A DNA stretch of 64,000 bases from Candidatus Latescibacterota bacterium (GCA_965217865.1 CBDCJO010000002.1:5504001-5568000); one strand, 5' to 3'. Positions 1 through 10,830 are shown, numbered from the stretch's first letter. Made by a program: numbers and translations. Notes: generated by a model not told the origin, from the letters alone.

Positions 1-220
1 CAAACGGCGGGATGCAGATATAAAGGGCGTCGAGAACCTCTTCATCCAGCATCTCCCTGTAGTCTGAATAGACCTTCCCGCCGTACTTGGCGGCGGCGAC
101 CTTTGCCCTGGCCTCATCCAGATCACAGAGCGAGACGATCCTCGTCCCCTCCATCCCTTTCAGCTTTTCAAGGTGATGATTGGCGATCAAACCGGTCCCT
201 ACAAAACCGATTCGGACCAT
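1..220 (-). CDS. Gfo/Idh/MocA family oxidoreductase (N-terminal part, runs off window)
   Basis: Manual translation from ATG at 220: MVRIGFVGTGLIANHHL...SLCDLDEARAK...YSDYREML...DALYICIPPF, a Rossmann GxGxxA start typical of the family. Confidence 0.85.
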   Translation of the reverse strand, partial: MVRIGFVGTGLIANHHLEKLKGMEGTRIVSLCDLDEARAKVAAAKYGGKVYSDYREMLDEEVLDALYICIPPF

Positions 221-418
221 ATTTCAATAACCTCCTGGATGCTCCCACGGTATTTTATTCATCAAGTTGTGACAAAATTAGGTTAAACCATCCGGTCTGT
301 CAAGGGAAGTTGTGGGTAAGATCTCTACGCCGACCTGAAACCGTCGAACCGCATTTGGGGTTGATAAACAGTGGAAAATCAGATTCCGATTGACCCAAAA
401 ACCCTTTCCGATTAGATT

Positions 419-1084
419 GTGAGCCTTATGAGGGAAAAATTAATGTCAACAAGGGTTCTGGCCTTTTTGGTCCTCGCCATCCCATTCGGAAACTGCTCCG
501 AACCAGAGGAACCGAAGCGCCCCTCGAAGCAGGCGGCAGTCCTCTCCGCTGCCTTTGGAGACATCTTCTTCAGGGGTGGGGCTGGTAAAAGCTGGCACTC
601 CGCAAGAAAGGGCTATGCCCTAAAATCAGGCGATGCCGTTAAGTCCGGAATGAGATCCAAAGCCGAGATTCAGACCAGGCGTCCGGCAACACTTCTCCGA
701 ATCGAAGAGAACACGACCATTGTGTTCGAGCAGTCCGAGGATGACGATGTCAGACAGGTGAGTGCCCGTATTCTTAGGGGAAGCGTTTGGGGGAAGGTGA
801 AGCGACTAGAATCAGGAGAAGCTTTCAAAATCGAAGGCCCTGCCTCCGTGACGGCATTTGGGACCTCCACTTTCAGGGTGGAGGTGCCCGTTCATGGACC
901 TGCGGCTATCTTCGTCTATGGCGGGACAGTCGAGGTCAAGCGTAGGATTGTCGATCAGAAAAAACCGAAAGTCCAGATGATCGGCAAAGGTGAGGGGCTT
1001 CTGATGCCCGAAGGGGAGCAATCCCGAAAGGTGAAAGTCTCGGCGAGCGATCCCTTGCGTCGAGGGTGGAGAAAAATTGAGTGA
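419..1084 (+). CDS. FecR-domain exported protein
   Basis: Signal peptide, then GDAVKSG..SKAEI...LRIEENT...GSVW...GTSTFRV...VYGGTVEV, the FecR pattern. Confidence 0.7.
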   Translation: MSLMREKLMSTRVLAFLVLAIPFGNCSEPEEPKRPSKQAAVLSAAFGDIFFRGGAGKSWHSARKGYALKSGDAVKSGMRSKAEIQTRRPATLLRIEENTTIVFEQSEDDDVRQVSARILRGSVWGKVKRLESGEAFKIEGPASVTAFGTSTFRVEVPVHGPAAIFVYGGTVEVKRRIVDQKKPKVQMIGKGEGLLMPEGEQSRKVKVSASDPLRRGWRKIE

Positions 1085-1181
1085 CAGCAGAACCTTCGGT
1101 CCCTTGCAAGTCTATTAAGGCCGTGTCGGTACCCTACACCCCCAACCCGAACTTTTTAACGATTCGTGAAAGGCCTTACTC

Positions 1182-1631
1182 ATGGGCAACGACATTTCCG
1201 CACCCGACCTGACTCAACGGCCACCCCGAAGTCCACGAGTGCGCATGGGCGGTTACGTTATCCTTCCGCGAATGCTGGATAAGGGGCGTGCCACCATCGT
1301 CGATAAAAATGGTCTTTACCATTACGCCTGTCCCCTCGATCAACGCTTCCTCACATACAAGGGCATCGACCCTGAGGAACTGAAGGAGGAACTCGGAAGT
1401 GGAAAGGGGGACGTCGAAATACTAGAATGGGTCGAAGCCCGGTGCCGGCACGAACCCTGGGAGATCGTTCAGTGGTCCGCTTTTCAAGAAGCCCGGGTCG
1501 CCACGGACATCGAGTCACGCAGCTTTTTTAGCGAAATCCATAAATCAGCAGGCGAGAAGCGGGAAGATATCAGTACCTGGTTCGAATTGCTCGACCTGGA
1601 CGACTACGCGACATTTGGCGGAAAAGTATGA
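1182..1631 (+). CDS. DUF5069 domain protein
   Basis: DLTQRPPRSPR..GGYVILPRMLDKGRA...YHYACPLD..FL and C-terminal TWFELLDLDD. Confidence 0.75.
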   Translation: MGNDISAPDLTQRPPRSPRVRMGGYVILPRMLDKGRATIVDKNGLYHYACPLDQRFLTYKGIDPEELKEELGSGKGDVEILEWVEARCRHEPWEIVQWSAFQEARVATDIESRSFFSEIHKSAGEKREDISTWFELLDLDDYATFGGKV

Positions 1632-1650
1632 CGGTCAGGAGGATCATCGA

Positions 1651-2316
1651 GTGTTCATCGGTCATTATGCCTTAGCTCTTGGAGCTAAGAAAATATCTCC
1701 AAAACTTTCGCTGGGAACATTGTTTATATCGACCCAGCTCGTTGATATGATGTGGCCGATCTTTCTGCTGCTGGGTCTAGAGCATGTACGGATCGATCCT
1801 GGAAACACAGTGGTTACGCCGCTGGATTTCTATAATTATCCCATTACCCATAGCCTTGTCGGAAGCCTGGGTTGGGGACTTGGTCTTGGAATCGTGTATT
1901 GGCTTGTGCGAAGAAATTTGCGCGAAGCGTTAGTGGTAGCAGCTGTTACGCTGAGCCATTGGATCCTCGACGCTATTGTTCACCGGCCCGATCTCCCGGT
2001 GATTCCCGGAAGCGGACCGATGATCGGCTTTGGACTCTGGAATTCCCTTATCGGTACAATAGTGGTCGAACTGGGAATTTTCGCTTTAGGCTTATGCCTC
2101 TATCTTCGGTCCACGCGTTCTCAAGACCGTATCGGAATCTATGGGATGTGGGGCCTGATGGGATTTCTAATCTTGATCTGGTTGGGTAATATTTTTGGAC
2201 CGCCGCCACCGTCCGACACGGCAGTTGCCGTATCCTGTTTTGGTTTATGGCTCGTGGTGCTGTGGGGATATTGGGTTGACCGGCATCGTCAAACTGTTGG
2301 AGGGGACGTAGCTTAA
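1651..2316 (+). CDS. Inner-membrane metal-dependent hydrolase family protein
   Basis: (V/M)FIGHYA start, YPITHSL and SHWILDAIVHRPDLP motifs, multiple TM helices; GTG at 1651 is the probable start. Confidence 0.75.
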   Translation: MFIGHYALALGAKKISPKLSLGTLFISTQLVDMMWPIFLLLGLEHVRIDPGNTVVTPLDFYNYPITHSLVGSLGWGLGLGIVYWLVRRNLREALVVAAVTLSHWILDAIVHRPDLPVIPGSGPMIGFGLWNSLIGTIVVELGIFALGLCLYLRSTRSQDRIGIYGMWGLMGFLILIWLGNIFGPPPPSDTAVAVSCFGLWLVVLWGYWVDRHRQTVGGDVA

Positions 2317-2409
2317 AGCTTCACAGGGTGGGAAGCCGAAAAGGACAGCTTTTAAAGCTGAAAGGAATGGTCACACCTCCATCAATGATTGTTCACGAGA
2401 GGATACGGG

Positions 2410-3246
2410 ATGGAGATCTCAGGATATACCTACCCATTTGGTGGGATGGTAGAGCGGGTCAAAGTGGATCACGGCAGGGTCATTGAATTCTACCGAGAGA
2501 TGGGTATCAGGACCATCGAGATCTACGATATGTTGATAGAAGACGATAGCGAGATCCCAGGGATCATCGACCGACTTGGCGAGGCCGGGATGACGGTGTG
2601 CGTTTCCGATGTCGAATGCAACGTCGTATCCCGTGATCGAGACATCCGGAAGGCGAGAACCGAGAAATTCCATAAGCGGCTTGAAGTCGCGAATCAGATG
2701 GGTTCCCCCAAGGTCCTGATCCTTCCAGGCCTACCCGCACCGGACAGCGGCTTCGGAGCCGAGGAGTGCCGGGAGTGGCTCAATTCGGCCATCGAGGAGA
2801 GCATACCCGTGGCAAAAGAGCTGGGTATCATGCTGATGGTCGCAAACCTCGGATTTTGCGCCCACATCTACGGCCAGACCGATTATATAATTAAGACCTG
2901 TCAGGCGTTCAAACCTGATATAAAAACCGTTTACGACATAGGGAACTACCTCATGGCAAACGAGGACTCCATTGATGCGCTCAATAAAGTTTATCCTTAC
3001 ACGACGCACGTCCATTTAAAGGACTGGGAAATAGTGACCGACGAGCAACCCGCCGCATGGCCGGGCATCGACGGACGGCTGTTTATGGGCAAACCGATGG
3101 GCCAGGGAATCGTCAAGCTTCCCGAGGTCATCACACGACTCAAAGAGCTTGACTATCAGGGGATCATCACACCGGAGTACGAAGGACCAAGCGACCCGTT
3201 TAAGGCCATGAATGAAAGTCTCAGCTACTTGGGCACTATACTGTAG
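2410..3246 (+). CDS. Sugar phosphate isomerase/epimerase (xylose-isomerase-like TIM barrel)
   Basis: YDIGNY, HVHLKD, GQGIVKLP, YQGIITPEYEG motifs. Confidence 0.8.
   Translation: MEISGYTYPFGGMVERVKVDHGRVIEFYREMGIRTIEIYDMLIEDDSEIPGIIDRLGEAGMTVCVSDVECNVVSRDRDIRKARTEKFHKRLEVANQMGSPKVLILPGLPAPDSGFGAEECREWLNSAIEESIPVAKELGIMLMVANLGFCAHIYGQTDYIIKTCQAFKPDIKTVYDIGNYLMANEDSIDALNKVYPYTTHVHLKDWEIVTDEQPAAWPGIDGRLFMGKPMGQGIVKLPEVITRLKELDYQGIITPEYEGPSDPFKAMNESLSYLGTIL
2713..3246 (+). repeat. Direct repeat copy 1 (3' two-thirds of isomerase gene)
   Basis: Aligns by eye with 4899-5433, mostly synonymous substitutions. Confidence 0.9.
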
Positions 3247-3252
3247 GTAGGA

Positions 3253-4847
3253 ATGATTAGGAATAAGCAGGGCCTCGCAACTCAATTCATTCAAGGCATA
3301 GCAAGGAGAGCCCAGCACGATCTCGAAATTTGAGTATCTGTTGGTTTTTTTTATCCTTGCTCAGACTCTATTCATATGGAGCACCAGGTATAATTTGTAC
3401 ATCAAATCCCTTCTTACTTCTGACATAGCTATTGATTGCAATATGCTGTGGAATACCAATTTTACAGACCAAATCCTTTACACTGATATCTTTTATTTCA
3501 GATACGGTTTCAAAACATTTTTAAACGAACATTTCCATCTGACTTTTCTCCTCCTTGTCCCAATTTATCACCTTTTCCCATCGCCGTTAACTCTCATCGT
3601 TATTCAGACCTTGATGCCGGGACTAACTTCAATTTTTATTTATAAATTTTGTATACGGGTTTTTAACAAAAAGGAAAACTCTCAACCAAGTACGGTTTCT
3701 CATCCATCGCCAAATAATCAATACAACAGAAATGGCAGGGAAGGGGGTTCACTTCAGAAAGGAGGTTTCCTCCACTTCTTCGGATTTGCCCATAAGCAAC
3801 TGATATCACTTATGATATCAGTTGCTTACCTCTTCCTCTACTGCGGCTGGCAACATTGGACAGTGTATATGGTTTTCATATTGATTGCCTGATTCCGCCA
3901 TTGGTTGTATTAGTTGCTCTCTTTCTGTTTGAAAGAAAAATCGGTGCCTTTATTGCATTCCTATTGATGTTATTAGGCGTGAAGGAAAACATTCCTATCA
4001 TTGGATCATTGCTGGGTCTTGGGTTAATTATTCTCAATAAACCTTACTATAGGAAAATGGGATCGATCACACTCATTCTATCGGTTTTTATTCTCTTTAT
4101 CGGGCTGATTCTCCTTCCGTACTTTACTGGTATGTGGAATAGGAATAGTGAATTAATAACTCAATTATCGTCGCCGGGGAACGTTATTCAATAATATTGA
4201 TGTGACGATTCATTGGGGGAAAATGTTTATGTTCTTCCCATCGATCTTTGCTCCGGAGATTCTCGCTCTGGCTATTCCGGAACTGGTGATGTATACCATC
4301 GCCAGGAAGCCGCCATATGATTGGCATATTTACGCTACAATTTCCATTTTTGCTATTGCTTGCGTCATCGGTATGTCGAGGCTTCTTTTTTTAACAAAAG
4401 GTAAACCATCATGGTTTTGGAAATCGCCTAAATCGAAAACAACACTATTCATAATATCACTTTTAGCTCTAACAGCTAACCCCCTTGTGAACTTTTACCA
4501 TTCATACAACATCTGGAAAGTCGAAGATTATCACATTCAAGAAGTTAATCTAGAAGCGCTTCGCCAGGTCAAATCTTATGTCCCTCCAAACAGTTATCTT
4601 GCAGTAACTTCTGATTTAATGATTCACTTTGTTAATCGGTCTCATCTACTTGGGCCCGAGGAATATCATCACGCGGATTATATAATGGTCAATGTGAGGA
4701 CTAAAGGAATACATTATAGACATGAAGTATGATCTTAGACTCATAAGAGAAGTACGCGAGTTGGTGAAAACGAATGTGGTTGACTTTATTGTTTCAGCCG
4801 ATGATGGCTACTTTAAACTGTATCTATTTAAGAAAATCAAGAAATAG
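3253..4847 (+). pseudogene. DUF2079-like membrane glycosyltransferase (GT-C-like), frameshifted, low GC
   Basis: Consecutive ORFs 3341-3892, 3856-4194, 4202-4732 with motifs FLNEHFH..LLLVPIYHLFPSPLTLIVIQ, GFHIDCL, VKEN; AT-rich relative to flanks. Confidence 0.7.
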
Positions 4848-4898
4848 CAAACCGAAGCGTCTTGACGCAACCTCAGAGAAGCCAACGCCAGGGGCATA

Positions 4899-5433
4899 GT
4901 CCTGATCCTTCCCGGCCTACCCGCACCGGACAGCGGCTTCGGCGTCGAGGAGTGCCGGGAGTGGCTCAATTCGGCCATCGAGGAGAGCATACCCGTGGCA
5001 AAAGAGCTGGGTATCATGCTGATGGTCGCGAATCTCGGATTTTGCGCCCACATCTACGGCGAGACCGATTACATAATTGAAACCTGCTCAGGCGTTCAAA
5101 CCCGATATAAAAACCGTTTACGACGTAGGGAACTACCTCATGGCAAACGAGGACTCCATTGATGCGCTAAATAAGGTCTATCCTTACACGACGCACGTCC
5201 ATATAAAGGACTGGGAAATAGTGACCGACGAGCAGCCCGCCTCATGGCCGGGCATCGACGGACGGCTGTTTATGGGCAAACCGATGGGGAAAGGAATCGT
5301 CAAGCTGCCCGAAGTCATCACACGGCTCAAAGAGCTCGACTATCAGGGGATCATCACACCGGAGTACGAAGGACCGGGCGACCCGTATAAGGCCATGGAG
5401 GAAAGTATGGCATACTTGCGAACGCTTTTGTAA
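4899..5433 (+). pseudogene. 5'-truncated second copy of the sugar phosphate isomerase gene
   Basis: Near-identical to 2713-3246, lacks the start region, has a small frameshift near 5080. Confidence 0.85.
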
Positions 5434-5472
5434 TACCTGACCTGATGATGGTATCTCTGGCCTTATGTAGAC

Positions 5473-5503
5473 CAAAAGGGCTCCCGAATTGGGAGCCCTT
5501 TTG
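5473..5503. terminator. Bidirectional intrinsic terminator hairpin
   Basis: CAAAAGGGCTCCC-gaatt-GGGAGCCCTTTTG between convergent genes. Confidence 0.75.
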
Positions 5504-5545
5504 GTTGTTGATTGCTTCCGGTTCAATGAAAAAAATCATTTACCC

Positions 5546-6706
5546 TCAAGTTCCGGTTGGCCCCAGTTGATTGATAACGTACTTCAGTCCGGTGGTCCAC
5601 CCCATCAAAGGGTTGTCCTTTTGCCGCAGGTCTATGGCCACCGAAACCACCAGTACGTCCCCGTTGCTCAAAAGCGCCATCACCGGCGCGTCGAATGGGG
5701 CCAGGTTCTCCGGGTCCGGCGAAGTGAACAGGACGTCACGCTGCCAGGTCCTCCCATGATCGTCGCTGAAAAACAGCCCGGAGTAAGACGTGTTCGGGGG
5801 CCCTTCGTACACCCGGTTGCCGTCCATGCAGTCCAGCGACCCCACCGCCAGGAGGATCCGGCCGGAGGGCAGCACGAGCATGTCGGGCATCTTGCCCCAC
5901 ATTTCGATGAGTCCGGGTGTCTCCCAGCTTCGTCCGCTGTCCTTTGAGCTCGTCTGACGGAATTGACGCCGGGGTCCGGCTTCACCGTCGCGAAGCATCG
6001 CCACGATATCCTCGTTTTGAGCCAGCGCCAGGGTCACCTCATTGTAACCGGCCGGTCCGGTCGCGATCGGTTCCAGTTCACCCCAAGTCTTCCCATGGTC
6101 TTTGCTTCGGACAAAACCGCAAATCAATAAGTTCGGGTCACGCGAGTGCAGGAACGTGCTGCAACCCTGGTATAACGGCACAATGGTCGAGCCGTCAGGA
6201 ACAGTGAGGGGACGGCCCCCCGTCCACACATCGTTTCGATCGGGCAGGATCCGTGTCGGCTCGGACCAGGAATGGCCGTGGTCCGTCGAGCGAACGATTA
6301 AACCCTCGAACACGCTGTGCGCAGACCCGATATGCCATATTTTTTCCGGCGACTTTTCATTCGGGTCGACTTTCGGCCTTTTCGGGGTTTTCATATGTGC
6401 GTAGGACATGATCAGAGATCCATCTCCCATCAGGTGCAGCCCGGACCACATTTGGATATTCCACTCGGGCGTACGAGGACGGGCGACGACCTGTGGATCG
6501 GACCAGGTCTGCCCCTCATCGCTGCTCCGATGCAGGTTGACAAATCCACCCGTAGGAACAGTTTCCCACACCGTACTATTTCCAAGAATGAGATCATTGT
6601 TGCCCGCCCGGCACAACCCCGGGTTGCCGCCGGGATCGTCCAGGACAACCTCGGAACGGATCACCCTGTATTCATTCCTGGATTGCGAATCGATTACCAT
6701 TTCCAT
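5546..6706 (-). CDS. BNR/Asp-box sialidase-family protein
   Basis: Repeated Asp-boxes SSDEGQTW, STDHGHSW, SKDHGKTW, SKDSGRSW, SDDHGRTW. Confidence 0.85.
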   Translation of the reverse strand: MEMVIDSQSRNEYRVIRSEVVLDDPGGNPGLCRAGNNDLILGNSTVWETVPTGGFVNLHRSSDEGQTWSDPQVVARPRTPEWNIQMWSGLHLMGDGSLIMSYAHMKTPKRPKVDPNEKSPEKIWHIGSAHSVFEGLIVRSTDHGHSWSEPTRILPDRNDVWTGGRPLTVPDGSTIVPLYQGCSTFLHSRDPNLLICGFVRSKDHGKTWGELEPIATGPAGYNEVTLALAQNEDIVAMLRDGEAGPRRQFRQTSSKDSGRSWETPGLIEMWGKMPDMLVLPSGRILLAVGSLDCMDGNRVYEGPPNTSYSGLFFSDDHGRTWQRDVLFTSPDPENLAPFDAPVMALLSNGDVLVVSVAIDLRQKDNPLMGWTTGLKYVINQLGPTGT

Positions 6707-6942
6707 TCCTCATTTCAATGACACCTCGCTGTGCACACTTCATCGCTATTGGAACACCAAGCGAACGTTATACGTCTATAGAAAAAAACCCCGACGCGGG
6801 AAGATTCGAATTATATTCCACAACCGTAAGTATATAGGGCGTCTCTGGGGTACTCGAGCACAAAAGATAGCACCTTGATTGGGACGCATCAAGGGAATAG
6901 GCTTTAAAAACTTGAGCCTGGAAAAAGATCAGAGGAGTTTCC

Positions 6943-8607
6943 ATGAAGCTGACAGGTTCACACCTGATTGCCCGAGCCTTAAAGGCGGAAGGCGTTGAGA
7001 AGATTTTCGCCCTGGCCGGTGATCACACTCTACACCTGATGGATGTGCTGGCGGGGGAAGGATTCCAGTTCATCGACACCCGGCATGAGCAGGCTGCGGT
7101 GGACATGGGAAATGCCTGGGGACGGATTACCGGCTCTCCCGGGGTTTGTATGTTCACCTCTCCGGGTCACGCGAACGCTATTCCAGGGCTGACGCTGGCC
7201 TATCACATGGAGTCCCCGGTCATCAACATCTCGGGTTCCGCCGCCCAGAGCAGACTTGGACACGGCATCTCGCCACAGGAACTGGATCAGCTCGGAATGG
7301 CAAAATCCGTCACGAAAGGCGCGTGGTTTATCCCCGACCCCCACCGCATCCCGGACTACTTCGCCCGGGCTTTCCGGACAGCCTTGGCAGGCCGGCGCGG
7401 CCCCGTGCACCTGACCATCCCCGTGGATGTCCAGGCGGCCGAGGTGAACGAAAGCCGGGTCCATTTCTATCCGCCCGGAACCTACCGGCACACGGGTCAA
7501 GTTCAGGGTGACCCGGATCTTGTAAGCGAGGCGATCGCACTGCTCCGGAGCGCCCGGTGTCCTATGGTGGTGGCTGGAAACGGCGCCTACTCGGTAGGAG
7601 AGGATTTACAGCGGTTTCTGGAGGTGACCCATTTGCCCCTGTTCACTGAGGAAGCCGCTCGGGGCGTCGTCCCGGATACCCACCCCTGCTGTTTCGGGTT
7701 CGCGGACGAGCGAGCGAATGTTGTCGGACGTTGTTTGAGATCCGCAGATGCTGTGCTGTTCCTGGGCAAGAAACTGGACTTCACCGTCTCCTACGGCGGA
7801 CCTCCGACATTCGCCCCTGAAGCACGCATGATCCAGGTGGAATCTTCATCAGATTTGGTCGGTCTCTCCCGCGGTGTGGACATCGCCATATTAGGGGATG
7901 TCGGAGCGGTTGTGAAGCAGCTCCTGCAAGAAGCCGAGGGGCACCGCTGGAGCGAGAATCCAATGCAAAGCGAGCTTGAGTCAACTTCCAAAACACAGGA
8001 GCAAAGCCTGGAAAGCCTTGCAGAATCTGTGCCTTTACACGCGATGTCAGTACACAAGAGCCTGCGCCCGCTTCTGAACGACAACGCTTGTCTGATCTTT
8101 GAAGGGTGTGATTTCTCTTTCTACGGGACACCCTATTATCCCAGTTTGCGCCCGAACCGGTGGTTTACGAATGGGACTCTCGGAATGATCGGCTGGGGGG
8201 TCCCCTATGGGGTTGGCGCTCAGGCCGCGCTTCCCGGGTCCAGGGTGGTTGTCATCACCGGTGATGGCGCTTTCGGGTTTAACGGCATGGAACTCGACAC
8301 AGCCGTGAGACACAATCTGCCGATCGTAATCGTGGTGGGAAACGATAGTGTTTGGGGAATAGACTACCATCAGCAGGTGCAGCTCTTCGGAAAGAGCGTG
8401 GCGACAGAGCTGCTGCCGTCACGTTACGATAAGATGGCGGAGGCCCTGGGTGCCCACGGCGAATACGTGGAGGAGGCCTATCAACTGATTCCCGCCTTTG
8501 AGCGAGCCTTTTCCTGCGGTAAGCCGGCCTTGGTGAACGTGCGGATTAAACCGACACCGAGCCCGTTGACGGAATACATCATCGAGCAGAAGATTGCTTT
8601 CAAGTGA
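6943..8607 (+). CDS. Thiamine diphosphate-dependent enzyme (acetolactate synthase-like / 2-hydroxyacyl-CoA lyase-like)
   Basis: TRHEQAA, GPVHLTIPVDV and ThDP motif GDGAFGF...GND. Confidence 0.85.
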   Translation: MKLTGSHLIARALKAEGVEKIFALAGDHTLHLMDVLAGEGFQFIDTRHEQAAVDMGNAWGRITGSPGVCMFTSPGHANAIPGLTLAYHMESPVINISGSAAQSRLGHGISPQELDQLGMAKSVTKGAWFIPDPHRIPDYFARAFRTALAGRRGPVHLTIPVDVQAAEVNESRVHFYPPGTYRHTGQVQGDPDLVSEAIALLRSARCPMVVAGNGAYSVGEDLQRFLEVTHLPLFTEEAARGVVPDTHPCCFGFADERANVVGRCLRSADAVLFLGKKLDFTVSYGGPPTFAPEARMIQVESSSDLVGLSRGVDIAILGDVGAVVKQLLQEAEGHRWSENPMQSELESTSKTQEQSLESLAESVPLHAMSVHKSLRPLLNDNACLIFEGCDFSFYGTPYYPSLRPNRWFTNGTLGMIGWGVPYGVGAQAALPGSRVVVITGDGAFGFNGMELDTAVRHNLPIVIVVGNDSVWGIDYHQQVQLFGKSVATELLPSRYDKMAEALGAHGEYVEEAYQLIPAFERAFSCGKPALVNVRIKPTPSPLTEYIIEQKIAFK

Positions 8608-8694
8608 TATTTATTTTCAATCAATTTCCGGGTGAATCGACGTCGAACCACAGGATTCGGTTGGGTTATAGTGCTATAACACCTGTTGGTACAA

Positions 8695-8722
8695 CAAAAG
8701 GGCTCCAATATGGAGCCCTTGT
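8695..8722 (+). terminator. Terminator-like hairpin related to 5473 and 13794
   Basis: CAAAAGGGCTCCA-a-ta-TGGAGCCCTTG. Confidence 0.6.
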
Positions 8723-8789
8723 TATTTGTTTCACCCCCCCCCAGAAAGGAGTTGGTGTGTGTGTAAATACTGTCACCTGCACACACTGC

Positions 8790-9090
8790 CCTTACTTCTC
8801 CGCCGCTGTTTGCCAGTTGTGAAAAAGCTGGTTGCCAATGGAACCCACCTAGAATAGCTCCAAGCGACCGTCTGCGTTCTGCCCTACGGCAATCTGATTC
8901 GCTTATCCTTAAGGCCTTTTTAGTCGGTCCAAACATTGCTGTTGGGAGCTTTTTTGGCTGTTGTACCAGATTCTTTTGTCGGTGCCAATATAGAATAGCA
9001 TCAAACTACCGTCCTTTTTCTCCCCCACAGCAATCTGCTCGTCTATACAGACTTTGCCTTTGACGACGCCCACTGGGCAAGATACGCAGG
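8790..9090 (-). pseudogene. Fragment of a PLL/fucose-lectin-like beta-propeller protein
   Basis: Two repeats AVGEKKDGSLMLFYIGTDKRIWYNSQ and VGQNADGRLELF*VGSIGNQLFHNWQ, with an in-frame stop. Confidence 0.6.
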
Positions 9091-9094
9091 GGAC

Positions 9095-9290
9095 TTGAAG
9101 TCCCTCTACGAGCGCGGTCTGGATCCCATCCATCTGGTCTCGCAGAAGGCGCACGAGGTCGGTATGGAGACTCACCTGTGCTTCCGGATCGGCATGTTGT
9201 CCTTCTACGAGAATTCATATCCGTCCAACTCCCGGGAAAGGCCTTTCTGCGCGGCGCATCCCGAGTGGCGCTGCCGCGACTGGAGACGAG
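9095..9290 (+). pseudogene. Internal fragment of a glycoside hydrolase-like (GHL10-type) protein
   Basis: GLDPIHLVSQKAHEVGM..HLCFR...FCAAHPEWR motif, no proper start or end. Confidence 0.5.
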
Positions 9291-9298
9291 TGTATCCC

Positions 9299-10830
9299 TA
9301 TCAGCCCGTTGAAGAACTACCTTTCAACGCACATAGACGGAAAAGACGCCTGGAGTGCGGGTCAGATAAATCAAGGTAAGGAGATTGAGCAGGAGACGCT
9401 GATAAGAGGTTAAAAAGGTGACCGAGGGCAGCAAACGTGATTGTAGGACGAGCAGTAGACGCTGCAAGGCCTTGGCCAGGTCCTGGAGGGCCTTCGGAGT
9501 ACCTACGCCCATCACTTTGCGCATGAGCAGAGCCAGGTTGCAGCCCCCGATGTGGATCAGCAAACGCTTGAGGATATTGCCGCGGTCTCTCAAGTGCAAC
9601 CTGCGCATGCCACCGGTATCATATGTGTGAGCGATGGTTCTTTCCACCCGTTCTGCACGACTTCGGCGCAAGGCCTTGCCGCGATCTCCCTTGATCCGGC
9701 GTCGATTCGCATATACCGCGGCCTGCTCATCTCGTCGGCCGTTCCACTTGCGGCGTCCCCGATCCGGTTCTGAAATGTAACTCCGGATGCCGCCTTGCTT
9801 CAGACTGGTCAATACATCGTTGCTATGATATCCTTTGTCCGCAACCACCTCCCGTATACGCTGTCTGTGCAAACGTTTGGCAGCTTTTTCGTCCTTCGCG
9901 ACCTGCTTGAGATTGAGCGGCGCCTCGAGCAGCGTCCAGGGCAACGACTCGGTATCTCCTTCATCTGCTCCCGACAACGCCACTGCCACAATGGCATTGG
10001 TGTCCAGATCCACCGCGTGCTCCACCTTGTGCGCCATGTGCGTGCGACCGTCCTTCATCTTAGCGATCTTGGCATCCGGGTCGTGCGGGTGCTCCCAGTC
10101 CTGGTTCGATCCCTTCTTCGGTCGCTTCTTATCGATCTTGGACAAGTCCTCGCGGGTAGGCGTTTCAATGCCCGAGGCCTTGGCCAGATTCTCAAGGAAT
10201 GCCTGGTAGCCTTCACCCGTGTCACGGCGTACAATGCTGCGCATCGCGGCGTTGGCCTCCAGTGTCGTAGCATCCACGCCCAACGTCTTCCCCTTCACCA
10301 GACCCGCTTTGCACAAGACCCTCAGGATCCACTTGAAAACCGCTTCGTGAACTTCCAAGGGAAGCCGATGCCGGATGCGAGACAGGCTGGAATGATCCGG
10401 GGTCTGTTCGTCAAGGGCATACCCCAAAAACCGGCGCAACGTCAGCGAGTCAGATACACGCCATTCGATCCCACGTTCCGAATCAAGTCCCTCGAAATAC
10501 CCAATCAAAAGCATCCGAAAATAAACCCCGGGCGGAATGCCCTTGCGACCCATATGAGGAGCGTAATACCGCTGGCAAAGCCCCTCGACGAACTCGTCGA
10601 AGCCGTTCGCCCCCAATACCTGATTCAGCTTCTCGTAGAACGGATGACCCGGAGATTTCACCAAAGTGTTCGATGCGATGAACAGGTTTTCCTGTCTCTG
10701 TCGTCCTCGTTTTCCCATTGCCATTTGCTCGTCCTCCCTTCTCAGTTTGAACCTGATATATCATAGGACCAAACCACAAGGAAAGACAACAGTCATCTTG
10801 GCATAAACGCACTTTTTCAACAGGCTGATA
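9299..10830 (-). mobile_element. IS5/IS1182-type insertion sequence
   Basis: Terminal IRs TATCAGCCCGTTGAAGAA / TTTTTCAACAGGCTGATA, flanked by CCC and GGG. Confidence 0.85.
9324..10724 (-). CDS. DDE transposase (DUF772 + DDE; IS5/IS1182-like)
   Basis: GYFEGLDSERGIEWR, TPDHSSLSRIR, GVDATTLEANA, VADKGY, R..VERT motifs. Confidence 0.9.
   Translation of the reverse strand: MAMGKRGRQRQENLFIASNTLVKSPGHPFYEKLNQVLGANGFDEFVEGLCQRYYAPHMGRKGIPPGVYFRMLLIGYFEGLDSERGIEWRVSDSLTLRRFLGYALDEQTPDHSSLSRIRHRLPLEVHEAVFKWILRVLCKAGLVKGKTLGVDATTLEANAAMRSIVRRDTGEGYQAFLENLAKASGIETPTREDLSKIDKKRPKKGSNQDWEHPHDPDAKIAKMKDGRTHMAHKVEHAVDLDTNAIVAVALSGADEGDTESLPWTLLEAPLNLKQVAKDEKAAKRLHRQRIREVVADKGYHSNDVLTSLKQGGIRSYISEPDRGRRKWNGRRDEQAAVYANRRRIKGDRGKALRRSRAERVERTIAHTYDTGGMRRLHLRDRGNILKRLLIHIGGCNLALLMRKVMGVGTPKALQDLAKALQRLLLVLQSRLLPSVTFLTSYQRLLLNLLTLIYLTRTPGVFSVYVR

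Noticed and set aside
2713-5433. Template/variable repeat pair of a diversity-generating retroelement
   Set aside because: Differences are not adenine-specific, are mostly synonymous, and no reverse transcriptase is present
9795-10766. Long antisense ORFs such as 9795-10766, 42442-43458, 52635-53483 and 61907-62956
   Set aside because: Shadows of well-supported genes on the opposite strand, with no recognisable motifs
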